DNA of 64,000 nt from Anthoceros angustus. Taxonomy: Eukaryota > Plantae > Anthocerotophyta. How positions within the stretch are numbered: position 1 is the stretch's first letter; every line of letters starts with the position of its first letter. Made by a program: the position numbers and the translations under genes. Positions 1 through 14,376 of this stretch are shown one piece after another. Location of the stretch: positions 29,788 to 93,787 of the forward strand of contig MU008232.1 of assembly GCA_010909165.1 (NCBI GenBank). The letters run 5' to 3'. Under the pieces are notes generated by a model that saw nothing but the letters and a program-made list of their open reading frames with translations, was not told where the DNA came from and did no database searches.

Positions 1-1210
1 CATGTTCCTCTTCCGAACACGCAAAATCATCCAGAATACTTCCATGAATTTCCGCATGAAGTCTCGAATATCGGGTTCACCACCGTTGAAAGATGGCGGT
101 AGCGTTACACAATCAAAGGGAGCTTTGAGTAAGCGTAAGTGCCCCAATCACATTGTGAGCGTCGTCTTGTCTGGTCCTCCTTTCGGTAATCGATTGTACC
201 AGTGTCAGGTCAGAAACTATACATCTCATGTCGGGCTCGTGTCCAGCACCTTGTCCATCAAGGGTAGGGTGGTGATCCTTCTTCGTTGCTTCGTTGAGCT
301 TCCTGAAATCTTGGCACACCCGAACCTTTCCCTGCTGCTTCTTGGGTACGATCACAATGGGAGCGACCCATTCACTAGTGAGTACCGGGTAAATCACCCC
401 GGCCTCCAAGTATTGGTCGAGTTGATCCTTAGCGCGACCATGGAATGTAGGGTTCAGACTGTGTGCTTGATCCTCACGAAGTCTTTGCCTTCCTTCAAAT
501 CAATCCGATGTATACCCAGCTCCTCCGGAATCCCTGTCATGTCAGTAATCTTGAAGGCAAACACATCGACATACTCCCTAAGCACGCTACGAAACTCCTC
601 TTTCTCTACCTCTCCTAGATACCTAGAAATCTTGACTACCTTGCCGGGTTCTAACTCTAAATCTTCTACGGCGTCGGGATCTACATATGTCCCCTCCGGA
701 CTGCTACCTGCACTAGTTCCAGATCCCTCCTCGGGAAAATCACGATCATAGGCCTTACCCCTCCAAAAGGCTACTCCTTCTCTATGTGCCTCATCCTCTG
801 ACTCTGTAGCGCCTTCTACGTGCAAGCGGGAATACACCAAATCAACTTTTATTTACCCAACCGAGGGTCCCGATTAGGCTCGATCCAAGAGCTCACCTGT
901 CGAGGTGTACCCATCACTGGAGCGCGGACTCCCCTTCATAGGGTGCCTTGCTCCATGACACGAATGCGACCTCCGCAGGCCCTACCCTACTTGACTTAAA
1001 CGTGATGCCGCTACGAACGAAATCAAAGACACAAGCAGTACCATACAACCAAGGTCTGCCTATCAAAACCTTGTAGCCTAAATCCGACACGGGTCTCATG
1101 ACAATGTAGGTAAGGTGGAAGGTGAGACCTCCAATCACAGTAGGTATGTTTCTCAACACTCCCAGTGGCTTCCTCCTTGTTTTGGCCATCCAAAAGACAC
1201 TGGGCGGGTG
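1..1210 (-). mobile_element. Ty3/gypsy element 1: C-terminal half of the protease and start of RT (frameshifted; continues beyond the window start)
   Basis: Minus-strand ORFs give SEWVAPIVIVPKKQQGKVRVCQDFRKLNEATKKDH (gypsy RT), LREYVDVFAF...HRIDL (pre-RT) and KPLGVLRNI...YKVLIGRPWL (retropepsin C-half). Confidence 0.9.
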
Positions 1211-1236
1211 AAACCCTACTAGAAATGGGCACCCTA

Positions 1237-1490
1237 TGTTACACTTTATGTTAAGATTTGGACCCCTGGATGTAACACTCATATTACAATTTTGGGGTCA
1301 TGTAACACTTTTGGGCCCCTTGTTACACTTTGGCTTGGAAACCATACCACCACAGTTGTTGCAATCATGTTGCAATGGTGTTGCAATTATGTTAAGATGA
1401 AGTGAGAGGTGGTTTTGCCCTCTCTCAAAATTGCAACATGATTGCAACATCTAAAGTGTTACAAGAGAGGTCTTGTAACACTTTTGGAGG
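1237..1490. repeat. Subterminal repeat array (TGTTACAC / TGTAACAC / TGTTGCAA / TTGCAACA) of the CACTA-like element
   Basis: About 12 direct and inverted copies in 250 bp; the same motifs recur at ~8060-8265 and 16030-16072. Confidence 0.75.
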
Positions 1491-3299
1491 CTTGGTAACC
1501 TCCTCCACCATTGCCCTTTTACTTTTGCCCTTTGAAATACCACGTTTTACTTGGTAGTTACCACCGATACGCCCTTCAATACGACCATATACAAATACAC
1601 TGTATCAATACATCCTTGTACTATATATGTAGTCTTGATAAATGTAATGTATTATTCTAAGTGCTATACGGGTATTCAATTTCATATAAAATAAGTTTGT
1701 ATATTACGTGACATACGTATCGTATGCATATTCATGTATGCGATACTTTGTATTTACTATACGTGTAAATAGCGGCGGCCCTTTATACCCCTACTTTATA
1801 GCATGTGCGGTTTGTCCTTCCACGTCAACAATAGCCATCGGCTTCACCATGGCGCCCAAGAAGATATTGTCCCCACCTATCACCTTATTGTGACGCATCA
1901 CGTGAGGTTATGCCCTACAAGATTGTGCTGTGCGGAGGAGATTTGGTATGCGCTGGCTTATGCTTTTCGCCTCCATGTAAGGCACTTCCTACTCGTCATC
2001 GTATGCACCTACGAAACTTCCGCCTCCGTTCGATTCGCAATTTTCTTCTTCCCCTCACTTGCGTTTGGAGGCAAGCTTTGCCACTTCCTCCGCTTCCCTC
2101 CCTACCTTCTGCAGGCACACATTGCACATACAAACCAGCATGGCCGTCATGAGTTATCCAGCGTTAATGGGTTTCCACAGCAAGCTGTCCATTTGCCTTA
2201 CCTTCCCTCCAGTCCCTCCTCTTTTCTTACGCCCTTCTTTGGACATTTTCCTCTTCCGTCCTCCTTCTTCCGGTTGCCATGCCTTGTCCACACTTGCGCC
2301 CTCTACTCCTCCTCCCGTTTCCTCTTTCGGCCTCCACCCTTTATCACAGTGGCATTGCCTCAACTGGGCTCCACTATGCAGTCCATGCTCTCGGCATCCG
2401 AGGCTGCAAGGTATGTGTCTGCACAAATTAGGCACATCGTCCTCTTCAACTGCCTCCTCTGCTGCGTCCATGTTCTCTGCATCCCCCGTCTGTCCCCGGC
2501 CTCCATCATCTGCATTGGCCTTTGCGATATCAAGCGCACTGCATGTTGCCCTCTTAGTCCTCCTTCATTCTCTCTCCCCTCGACATCGCCTCATGTTCGC
2601 CTTTTTTTTCCCACCATGGGCTGCTGGGTGATCCACTCTCGTCCTCCTCACCCGCTCCTCCTAGTCCCCCTGCGATTTTTGGCTGTCCATAGTGCACACA
2701 AGTGTGTTTCTTCAGTGATTCGGTTGCCCCTCCGTGCTCCACCACCCGACTCACGCCTCCACCTTGGCCTCCACTCCATCGATCGGCCTCCACCCTCCCC
2801 ATACATGGCCGTCACACAGCGGTCGGGCACCCTCCACCTCTTTTCCATTATTTGCTTGCTGCCCACGACACGGCCCTCGTTGCCTCCTCCACCCCAATCC
2901 GGGCATGCGGCTTCCACCAACCCTAGGCAATCGTGGTGTCGCGGGCACCACAATATTCCACACACACTCGGTTCCCCTCCTGCCTCCCTCCATGCTTCCT
3001 CAAGACTCGCCCGTCTCCACTTCCCGCTCCTTGTTCATCGTCCTTTCCCCATTCAAAGTCCCTGTCCCTCGCCCCTCGGCCTCCTTCCTCCCAAGCCCCT
3101 TCCGCCATGCATTCCTTGATAGCCTCTCGTCCATGTCACCACCTCGTGCACCATCGTTGCCTCCCACCCCTTCCTTCCGTCTCGGAAAGGCCACCATATC
3201 GGGATCCATCTTCAATTCAATGTCGTTAAGCAAAATGGTCATTTCCTTGTTCTCCTTGCAATAGAACCTCTAGGATCTTTTCATACACTCCCTATCTTA

Positions 3300-6200
3300 C
3301 TCAAGGAACTCGCAGAACCCCACTATCGCCTTTCACGATTTCCACCCTTTCCCTTTCCACTTTCCCACCGCCCGCCCTCGAAGGTTGCCTCCCTTGTCTC
3401 AAGCTTGAACCGCCATGCAGTGCACATGTGTTACCCGTTTGTCCACCATGCCCACTCATCCGGCCCAAACTTGAGCGTGTGCACACTTTGCCGTCACTTG
3501 TTGCGAGTGCGAAAACCCTCATCCAGCGAAATAGCTCTTCATCTATTTCCTTCACTTCATGCGTCCAACTCCGCATCCGTCGGCTGGGAGGTTCCACGTC
3601 TCAAAGTCGTCAAAATCAAGTCAAGGGTTGGCCATGCCTCGCCTCTTACCTCTCGACTGTCTTGACGAGGAGGCCGCTTCTTCACATCGCCGATGTCAAT
3701 GGAGACCGCCGGTGCGGTGGATGAGCGAGATAGAGGCCATTTGGCCCCTCATCCTCCCACCCACGGTGATGCGTCGGCCGCCCGTCAGTATGGTGTTCGC
3801 GGCGCCTTCATGCGTGACTCCCCTAGCAAGCTTCCTCGCCATACTCCCCATCCTGTGACGGTTGTCCACCACCTTCGTGCCATCAAGGCAATGGCTTCCT
3901 CTCAGTGAAAGGTGCCGGGCCATGAGTCCCGTCGAATTCAAGGCTGCTATTTTGAAAAAGCTTTGTTTGCAAAGGCCGGTTGTCATTTACTCCTCTTGGC
4001 GGACGGGACGTGCACATGCTACTTGCCCATAATCACAACAATTTTCGACCACAACCTTGCGGACTTGGGAGCAAGTTTCATGTCCCATTGGTTATGTCGT
4101 TACTCATGATGTATTATATTGCCCACATGGCGCGCTCTCAATGCGCCCATTCGCATTTACCATTAATCATCGTCTTCCGACCAAAGATTGCCTTGTGCAT
4201 CCGGAGGGAGGAGACAATAGACTATATGCAAACCAATCACCATACATGATTTATTCCACTTTCAGCGCGTGACTCGAGTAGCGTGCGCAAGGGTGACTTG
4301 TCATGTCGGTCAAGCGGTATGGACGGGCACCAAACCATACCCATCCATTCCGCCAAGCGGACAGGTCATCGAGTTTTATTGCGTGACGATGGGAAGTACA
4401 AGTAGTGATCAAGGATGAAGGACTTTCCCATCCCAATGTTTAATTACGGTAAGCATATGTCCCACATTGTGAGGTATAAAACCTGCTCACACCGTGCAGG
4501 GCAAGAGCCAAGGATGACGCCCTCCATACCAGTCCTTGATGGCCGACGAGGGAGCAACCTCCATCCATCATCCTCGATGGCCATCATTGGAATTGCAGCC
4601 CTTGTCCTTAATGGCCATCGTCGGTTTCCACCACAACAATAATGTGCACATACGCAATGATCCACAATGACACAGTCGAGGCGGAAGGGCGGTTTTGACT
4701 TATGCGGATTCCACAAACACTTTAGCAGCATGGACTTGTAGGTAGGCGAATAGGGCCAAAAAGTGTTCACATCCGGCCTCTGAACCCCAGCCATACCGTG
4801 TGTGGTCACGAACACCATGCCGCACCATGTGGAAGGAACCACCTCGCCACCGAGCAAGTCCCCCACGAGGATAGCCACGATGAGCGGCTCCACGCCATGA
4901 GGCGGTGACACCGCCTCCAACCTTTGCAAAGGATCCTTGATGGCCATCAGCATTTCTAGTTGTGCACCGAAGATGGAGACATGAACACGCCTCGTGGTGC
5001 GAACTACCACTCCACGCCCATTTAGGTTTCCAGCTAGCTCCGGCATACATGTCAACATGTCCTACATGGCATAAGGTAGCAGGAGGCGCCCGCAGGCATG
5101 TTTCACGAAGACAGGCTCGCCGCGGTGCGAGGATGACCAAGAGAAAGGTAGTAGCGTGAAGCGAGGGCAAGGTGGTGACATTTAAAGCGGACCACCACCT
5201 TCTCGACTTGTGCCCCGGCCACATCGGGTTGCGGATGAGAGGATCTTGAATTTCAAGCTATTCCTTACATGTGACAAACCAAACATGGCGATGGTCGATA
5301 ATACGATGACGTTCTGGTAAATGCAATGAGTGTGAAGGCGGAAGGAGCGAAGTTTGTTTTCATGTCTCCTAAGGGCTGGAAATCCTGCGGCGGTGCCATA
5401 GTGACGTCGAGCCGTCCTAGCATGGTGCGGGCGTGAATACATTATCGTTACGCCATGTGGCGGATTGGTGGAAGCGAGGAGTCTCGAGCGATGGACATCA
5501 TTATCTAGGAGAGACGGAATTGGCATATATGGCAAATTCACATACGGACGGTCCTTCATTCATGGCATAATGAAAGGGGCATTTAGTTTGCTTGAATGGC
5601 TCTCACGTGCCACCCACGTCCTTGCACAATGGTGTAGATGTTGATATAGATTATTACAAAGCGGTGGAGCAGGCGTCACGGTTCAAACGCGACCTTCGAC
5701 GTGGCATGTTTTCTTCCATGCCATGAGTTTTCAATTATTCTAATGGCTTGCACCCACCTTCCTTGGACCATGGTGGAGGAGAATTTTATTTGAGAGAAAG
5801 GGAACCATTGTCCTTGGTTCATGGCGGTTGTAAGATGGCCATGACCTTGTCATGGCATGGCACTTCCTTGGTCATCGGCCACTCGAAATCGCATTGCAAA
5901 CACTTGTCCTTGGGTCACGAAATGGTCATAAAAAGCGGGGACTATATATGGCATGCATGGAGGAATGGCATCGTGGACAAGGAAGGTTTCTGTTGTGCAC
6001 TGCACAAACACGAATGAGGAAGGTGGCATGGCAAGGCAAGGAGCGGCAGCATGGCGCATGGTGGATGAGTCCCCTGGGACGTTGGATGGAGTGCAGCGTG
6101 ATGGTCCGGATGGGCGGCTCAGTGAGAGGGGGATGGTGTGAGATGGAGGGAGAGAGAGGTGGATGTCGATGGAGGCGGCGAGAGGAGGTGTCGAGGTGAC

Positions 6201-6650
6201 GCGGAGAACTTCGCGTGGAGTGGATGATCGCAAGACGATCTGAGAGAAGGGAACGGAGTGGGTGTCTCTAATAGGTGGGAGCTACGCAGGAGAGAATCAA
6301 AACTTTCGGAGGAGGAATCGCCGGGCATCGGGAGGAGGAATTTGGCGTGAGTCAGGAGAAAGAGGACTGGTGATCGGGAGGAGCATGGTGGTGCGCCCAA
6401 GAGGCCGTGGTGGCGAGAGAGGCCATTGGTCTTGTGGACCTTCATTCGGTGGCGATGGATAACCCCAACAACGTGGGAGGAGGATGCCAGGGAGGAAGCT
6501 GCTGCCACAGGAGTGGGAGGCGGTCTCGGAGGCGGTTGCGGAGGCGGGCCAAGGCGTGCATATGATGGTCGGGAGGCGGTGAGGAGAAGGACACAGCGCA
6601 ATGATGGGGAAAGCGCAAGCGGATGTGGAGATGGCGGATGAGGTGGAGGG
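3300..6650 (-). pseudogene. Degenerate EnSpm/Tnp2-like transposase
   Basis: Frameshifted minus-strand fragments (RPYVNLPYMPI; LWH-type segment; AILVGDL..G.E followed by Cys residues) resemble EnSpm-type transposases and lie inside TIR/TSD boundaries. Motif recognition is weak and the limits are approximate. Confidence 0.45.
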
Positions 6651-8284
6651 ACATACCACTACATTGCCACTACATTGGAGAATTGATGGAGCGTTGGCGG
6701 TAAGCCAGGCAGCGTCATTGCCGTGTTGTCGTGCATGGGCGTGGTGGAGTGTACATGGGCTGAGCGGTTATGCGATGGAGGTTGGGTGGAGAATGAGGAG
6801 TTGATTGGTTGGTGCGGCGTATGATATGGGCGTGAGCTCTAAGTGATGTGTGTGCATGACAGGGAAGAAGGGAAGGGAAAGGTGGAAGGTGAAGGCCATG
6901 TCGGGAAGGAAGGCACGGATACTAGTGGAGAGAAGGAAGATGGAGGAAAGGTGGCAAGCAGGCGTCACCGTCAAGTGATCTTTGGAGGCAACGTAGATGG
7001 TGGGGAACACGGATGTGGGAGGGAGCTGGAGAGATGGTGGGGAACTGGATGGATGAGAGAATGGGAGATGCTGGAAAGCCATTTTCTTGAGGGAAGATGC
7101 ATTGGGTGGACCGGTGATGGTCAATCGGCAACAAGCAGATGGAATTGGTATTCCCACCTTTGTAGCCTAGCATTTACAGGGTCCTTCGTGAAAGTGGTGA
7201 TTGAGGCCTGGATAGGTCTAGGAAGTTGTGGAGGAACCACGAAAACAATGGTGTTGGTCGAAGAGTCACCAAGTGGCGTCAAGACGATATGGCCATATCA
7301 CTTGGAAGACGTACATGTTTGTAGATAAAGCCAATTGCATCGGTGGCAACAAAGCCAATCTTTGAAAAGGGATAGAGGACGCTTGAATTGTCCAAAAATT
7401 CCAATTAATTTGTCAATAAAATCAAACACTTATATGCAAGGTATGAGAGAAATATGACTATTTACACTCTTACTAGCATAAGTTATATAATTTAGTTCTT
7501 GGAGGCTTTGTATTTATTAGTATATGTTACATACCATAGTACAATACTTATACACTTATGTCTTGAAGCCTATATACATATATATGAAGGCTTTGGATAA
7601 TCAATGAACTCAGAGAGAGGTCCTTGTTGTCATGTTGCTATAAAATGGCTATGATTCTCATCATGGTATATGAGTGGCGTGGGGTTAGCACATACATATT
7701 ACTATATAAACAGTCTTGGCCTATATACGTGTATATACATATACAAAGGAGGCACATATCTACACTAATATAATATAAGTAAAGCAGATGGATGTGTACA
7801 TATATATGTACACATACTTATACTATATACATATATATATGTATACAAAGGATATGCAAAGGAGGTAAAATAGGAAGGAAGGACAGCCCCTGCAGGAGAG
7901 AGGTCCTTGTTACAATCATGTTGCAAGAGGAAGAGGGAAGAGTATAAAATGGTTGTGATAGGGAGGTCCTTCTCACGGTCATGATGGAGGAGGAAGTGAA
8001 AGAGTATAAAAGGGTGTGATAAGGAGCAATAACTAGCAGGTGGGGTGAGAGGAGAGACCAAGCATTGTGTTAAGATGGGGTGAGAAGGTGGATAAGAAAT
8101 TGACACCACAGACACCAAGTCACCAAAGAGTGTTGCAATTTTGAAGTGGTACATGAAGTGAGAGACCAAGCATTGTGTTAGGATGGTGGGAGAAGGAAGA
8201 GAAAAAATGGACCAACTTAACACCAAGCCATCAAAACATGTTGCAAGTTGGAAGTGTTACATAAAATCAACAAGATTTTATTGA

Positions 8285-8471
8285 TGTGAAGATATATAAA
8301 TATAACCTAGAACTCGCTTGGTATTAATAACATGTATACGTTAGGGTTATGAAAGGTCATTTAGTGAAGCGACACTAGATTTAAGAAGTAGATTAGACAA
8401 ACATTTTTGTATTGTACATTATCTTATCAATCTGAGTTTCTGCTTTCTAGTCTTCAACTCGTTACTTCACA
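8285..8471 (+). repeat. 5' LTR of copia-1
   Basis: Direct repeat of 14377-14561, with TG...CA ends and followed by a tRNA-iMet PBS. Confidence 0.95.
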
Positions 8472-9622
8472 TGGTATCAGAGCCATGCTCTGCATCTTGT
8501 GCAACAACCTGAAATATGCCGAGGCAAGGTGGCAATCGTAGAGGCTCACATCTAGGTGGATCCTCTAGATATTCTCATCTAGGAGGATGTCCACCAAGAC
8601 ACATATCACCCTGCTGAACCACGGTGACCTCTCGAAAAACTACCGCTCTCGGCAAAGGCATCGCTCAGCGTCGCCCTACATCTTCACGGATATTGAGCAA
8701 TCAAGAGGCCAACCGGCTCTATCGAGCACGTTGCCCGAGGGAGGGCGAACCCCGACACATGCCCACACCTCGACCGGAGCTTGACCTCCCAGTTATTTGT
8801 TCGAGACTGCGGTAAAATAACGATCTCGGGATCTCCAGACCAGGGGCCCGCGCGACAATCTGCAGCAAGACACCACAACACAGACTCTAATGCCCCATCG
8901 GATTGAGGATCACGCTAACAAATCACAAGCGATACCGTGTGGAAAAAGTTGTCCCTTGTCATCAAACCGGTGTCTCTCAAGAGCGAGTTTGCGGCTGGAT
9001 TACGCAGGCGAGCAATTGATTTGCAAATATGAGCTCCAACAGGATATCAACATTCGATCTCCTTCAAAACATGGACCTCAAATTGCGATCTTAATTAACG
9101 ATGGATCGACTCCGGCGCCCATGTCTGTGAAGCCTTCCAGCTCCAAAGTGGAGACATCCAGGTAGGAGGAATTCACGATCGAATCGGTGCATTGTTCCTC
9201 GCACCTCTTTCTTTGAATCTTGCATACAACCACATTGGTCCACAGTGGGTGTCACTTCACGGGGACATGTCGGTTGATTTGACCTAACTGAAACGTCACA
9301 ATAAATGAAAAGGCATTATTTTTAGGGTTGCCCATAGTGGGCAACTGTTCATAATAGCGAGGAAGGAAAGTTGAGGAGTTCAGCACGAGCAGGGCATAGC
9401 TGGCTACCCCCTCCTCTTGCTGACCTCCCCAGCATCCCTCCACTGCATATTATGATCAGTATTTAATTACGTATAAATATATGATGCATGAACACTTACC
9501 TGTACCGTTAGAGCCATAGCTCTTTATAGTCTGTCTAAGTGTTCATGTCCACTGCAGCACATTTGAACGCACTCATTAACAATTTTCAGCAACTTACTTT
9601 ACACCAATCCACTCGTTTGACC

Positions 9623-12600
9623 ATGGCATCGGCATCCATGCCTTCCTTTACCTCAGAACTTAAAGAGAAAGACAGGTTTAAAGGACAGGGCTACTCAATA
9701 TGGAGAGTCCGCATGAGGAGCATGCTTGTTGCTCGTGGTGTTTGGGCCGTTGTGGATGGAACTTGCAAGAAACCCGTACAAACAGCTAATCCTCCGCCCA
9801 CTGCCGATGACATTGCCAAGTGGGATTTGCTCAATGGCATTGCCATGGCTCTCCTTATCGGAGGCTTAGACGCTGACCTTGTTCCTGAGGTCGAATTCTT
9901 CACTGCTGCAGCTGAGATCTGGAACCAGCTTGAAAAGACATACCAAGTTCAGAACATGATGACCCTCTGCGCCGTTCGACAAGAGTTCTATGCACTTAAA
10001 ATGAGAGAAGGTGACAAGGTGGCAGCTCATACCAGCAGATTTCGTCATCTGCGGGCACAAATGGCATCCATGACCGGAGACAAAATGTCCGAAGTTGATG
10101 CTGTTGCCCAGCTGCTAACCAGTCTTCCCGTCTCTTATCAAGCATTTGTTACAAGCCAAAACGGACCCATTCGAACAGCACATACTGCGACTTCCTCTGG
10201 TCAACCTGTGACCATCACTCTAGAAGAAGTGATTGGTGCATTGTTCCAGGAGGAGCAAAGCGCATTCTCTGTGGTGTTCCTAAGAGCAAAGCGGAGAAGG
10301 TGTTAGCCGCAATTTCCGTCCTTCTCGGCAAGAACAAATTCGGAGGGACATAACACCTTTCGACAATGTGAATCTTCCAACACCAAAGCGGCGGTTCCTG
10401 GTGTGGGACCCACAGGCAAGAGAATGCCGAGAAGAAAGGGTGAGCCTCGAAGCAACCTAAACTGCTGCGAGCGTGGCGATTAAGTCAAGCGATTCCAAGG
10501 CATCTGAGGATCCTTACCATCCCTTGTCAAGCTCTTTGCAAGATGAAGGCTGGTACCTTGATTACCGCCACCACTCACATTTGCGAGCGAAGTTGTTTAC
10601 TTCCCTCAACCTTGTTCATGTCCATGACAAGGTTCTTCTTGGTGATGAACAGTCCAAGACAAGTCTGCAGATAGAAGGTCGAGGAACATGTGTGTTTATG
10701 CCGCATGATCACACACACCTCATGTTAGAAGATGTTCTCTTCGTAGCATGGCCAAGAACCTCATGTCGTTGAGTCAGGTCATGAGATCACGTACCTTTCT
10801 GATGCGTGCGATTTTCGGACTTCTTTTGTTTTTACGTAAAAGAGTCTCGATAGGTGTGTCTTCAAAGGCATTTTAGACAATGACACATAAATTAGACATA
10901 ACGTGTAACAAGCGGCACATCCGATGCTGCCCATTCAACGGACTAGGTCACCTAGTCTCCATCAAGAGGCCATCTTGTGGCATGCTCGCTTGGGGCATGT
11001 CAATCGCTCCAAGGCGATAGACATGTCTATCACGAGGCCATCGTGAGCCCCTTCCCAAGTGTTTCAAAGATGCCTGTGCGAGTCTTGTATATTGGCGAAG
11101 CAGAAAGCGTCTCCCTTTCCTACTGCCCCAGCACATAGGGCATCACAAGTCCTTGGTTTAGTTCATGCCGACATCTCAGGGAAAATCCAGGAACCATCCC
11201 TAGGAGGTTCTCAATACTTTTTCACCTTGACAGATGACTATAGTAGATATACCTGGACATTCCCGATGCAGCTGAAGAGTGACACACTTTCCTTTTTCAA
11301 AGATCGGGCTGGTTCGTCAGAGCAGCATCTTCTTGAAGGTGCTCGACGACAGCGGGACGGTGTGAATCAAGCCGACTTGCTGCAAGAACATGGAGTTCTC
11401 GCCAACTCATCGTCCCTACACGCCACAACAAAATGGCGTGTCGAGCGAAAATCAAACTCTTCGCTATGACAAGCATGCTCATTTGGGCTGGATTACCTCA
11501 AGGTTATTGGGCGGAGGCCATTGTTCTTCGCGTACATCACAGGTCGACAAGCTCGTCCCACATAAGACACCTTACGAGGTCTTGGTCTCGCCAAGCCTAC
11601 TACATTTGAAGGTCTTTGGATCTCGAGCATTTGCACACATCCCCGAAAAGGAAGAAGCTTGATCCTCGGCGCAGGTCTTTCTTTTGTTGGGCGATGAAAC
11701 GACAAAAGCGTATAAGCTGGTCAATAGATCGGGTCCATTGTGCTCGCAGCGGTGTGACCTTCCTTGAACCCAGCTCCGGCATCATTATTGTGACAGACTC
11801 ACCAGTTTCTTGAGATGTGGATGCCCTTGCCTCGATCTTGATGCCTGATTATCCTATGGACGACATGGAGCCATTGTTCTTTTGCACGATCACGTTTACT
11901 TGCTCCAGATCCAAAGCGGCCCCCTCCCTTTCAACCCCGAGACATGCCCCTTTTACCTAACGAGGGGCCTTTCTAGATGCGAGAGGGGTGCCTAACTGGT
12001 GCAGTGAGATGATCCTGCTGCTGTCGATCCTGGTCCCGACCTTGAACGATGTCCTACTGACTAGATGAGCTGCACCACGAGCTCCGGGAGGTCTCTGCGC
12101 CGTCACCACTGCAATGGGATGAACCCCGCTATCAGTCTGTGGATTTTAGAACACATCTTGTTCCAGGCCTTGCTACGAGCACTGTTCTTCCCGATGAGCC
12201 TACTAGCCTTTCCCAAGCCTTCCATGGCCCTGAACATGTGCAGTGGAAGGCAGCAGTGGAGGATGAATATCAGTCTCTTGTGAAGAACCACACCTGGATT
12301 CTTGCTGACCTTCCACCAGGCCGCAAGGCCATATCCTGCAAGTGGGTGTTCAAACTCAAGTTGAATGCAAAAGGGAAGTTGCGTTTAAGCTCGACTTGTG
12401 GCTAGAGGGTTCACGCAAGTGGAGGGCTCGACTACCGAGACATTCTCACCACAGTTCGCATCAATCCATCCGGTTTATACTTGCCTATGCCACAGAATTT
12501 GATCTCGATCTTCAGCAGATGGACGTGTGCACGGCTTTTCTGTATGGAGCTCTTGATGAAGAATTATATATGCTCCAGCCTGAGGCCTATGAGGATTCTG

Positions 12601-13745
12601 CACATCCCCACAAGGTGTTAAAACTCTTGAAATGCATATATGGTTTGAAACAAAGCGGGAGAGTGTGGTATATCACCATGCATCTGTATCTACTCAGCAT
12701 AGATTTTGTTCAGAACACAGCTGATACCAATGTTTATAAGCTTTCCCAAGGATCCTCTATTGTGCTTCGGCTCTGTACGTGGACGATGTTATCCTTGCCA
12801 CAAACGATCAAGCACTGTTGTCAATAGTCAAGCAAAAACTTAACGACAAGTTTGACATGAAAGATATTGGCGAACTAAAGTTTTGCTTGGGCATACAGCT
12901 GCTGATCGATGCAGGCCTTATGTTCATACACCAGTACAAGTATGTAAACGAGATACTTAAGAAGTTCAATCTCGATCAAGCACGGCCAGCAACCACTCCA
13001 TATGCAACAGGTACCAAGCTAACACTTTCACAGTGCCCACAGACATCGGATGAAATCAAAGACATGGAAGACGTACCTTACAGACACGCAGTTGGCAGCC
13101 TACTCTTCGTTGCCAACTGGACCAGGCCAGACATACAATATGCGGTCAGTACGGTTTCCCAATTTCTTGAGAATCCTGGGAGAGCACACTGGACAGCTGT
13201 GAAAAGGATCTTCCGCTATCTTAAGGGCACACATAAATATGGTCTCATGTATAAACGCAGTGGTGCATCCGAGCTTACTCTGTCCGGATTTACAGACGTT
13301 GACTGGGCCTCGGACTCTGACTCTCGGCGAAGTTTGTCGACATACTGTTTCCTCCTTGCTTCAGCTGCTGTCAACTGGAGTAGTAAAAAACAGCCTTCCA
13401 TAGCTTTGAGCTCCAGGCGAGAATACAAGTCCATGAGGCAGCCAAAGAAGCAGAGTGGGAGCGTAGTTTCCTTGCTGATCTTGGCCAGGCTCAGCATCAT
13501 CCTACTTTAATCCTCTGCGACAACATGTCGGCACGAGTTAGTGGCCAAGCCTACCTTTCATGCTAGAACAAAATACATCGAGATACAACATCATTATATC
13601 CGTGATGTTGTTGCTCGTGTTATCAAGGTGGGATATATTTTGAATGATGACTGACATCTAACCAAAGGACTACCCAAGCACAAGCATTATGTTCACATGC
13701 GAGGGTTAGGTGTTCACGACTTCTCTGCTCATATCGATCAATGAG
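9623..13745 (+). pseudogene. copia-1 gag-pol (frameshifted)
   Basis: UBN2-type gag (YSIWRVRMRSML, FYALKMREGD), WYLD protease, CESCILAKQ, LVHADISG, PYTPQQNGV integrase, KWVFKLK, MDVCTAFL, IYGLKQSGR, (YV)DD, GFTDVDWA RNase H. Confidence 0.93.
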
Positions 13746-14376
13746 GATACTTATCTGATTTGGGGGGGGGGTACTGTTTTTGGTTGATGCTCCCTACATC
13801 CAACCAGCTAAGTTGTTAACTCCCTGCACAAGGAGGCAAGCAGTTAAAGACAGTTCAGAAGTGCTTTTCTGGATCACAGCAGGTGGATGAAGCTCTCACG
13901 ACGAACCCAATCATTCTGCTGGGGATTACCTTCTTTACTCGGGAGTCTTAAGCTGATACATCAGCCGAGAAGTTTCCCGAAGGTTCCTAATCAGCTCACT
14001 TCCTCCAAGCTTTCGGGATTGACGCCATCATCGGCTCGTGGCGGGTCAGCGCCGTCCATATCCCACCACCATCAAATCGCACTTTCGGTCCTAAGCGGTG
14101 CAAGACGCCGATGCGCGTTTGGTTGTCCGGCGGCGTCGACTCAAATTCAGACAGTGGTTGGTTACCTTGCTCCTCTAGTTTAGGCGGCCGCCGCAACTCA
14201 GACGTGATATACGCTCCTTGTTGTCATTCTGCGCTACAGAATTGCGCTCATGAAAGCATGAGGAATATGGCAGGCACCGAAGCGGAGATAGCGTTTTTTG
14301 CGTGGCGGCTCGTTCTTATATACATTAGGGTTTCTTTTGTGATCGGGTTGTTTAAGCTCGTTGAGGTTAAGAGGGG

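Noticed and set aside
2-751. 249-aa plus-strand ORF
   Set aside because: Antisense to gypsy pol.
1803-3119. 438-aa plus-strand ORF
   Set aside because: Low-complexity Pro/Ser/Leu reading of the pyrimidine-rich strand inside a transposon; no recognisable domain.
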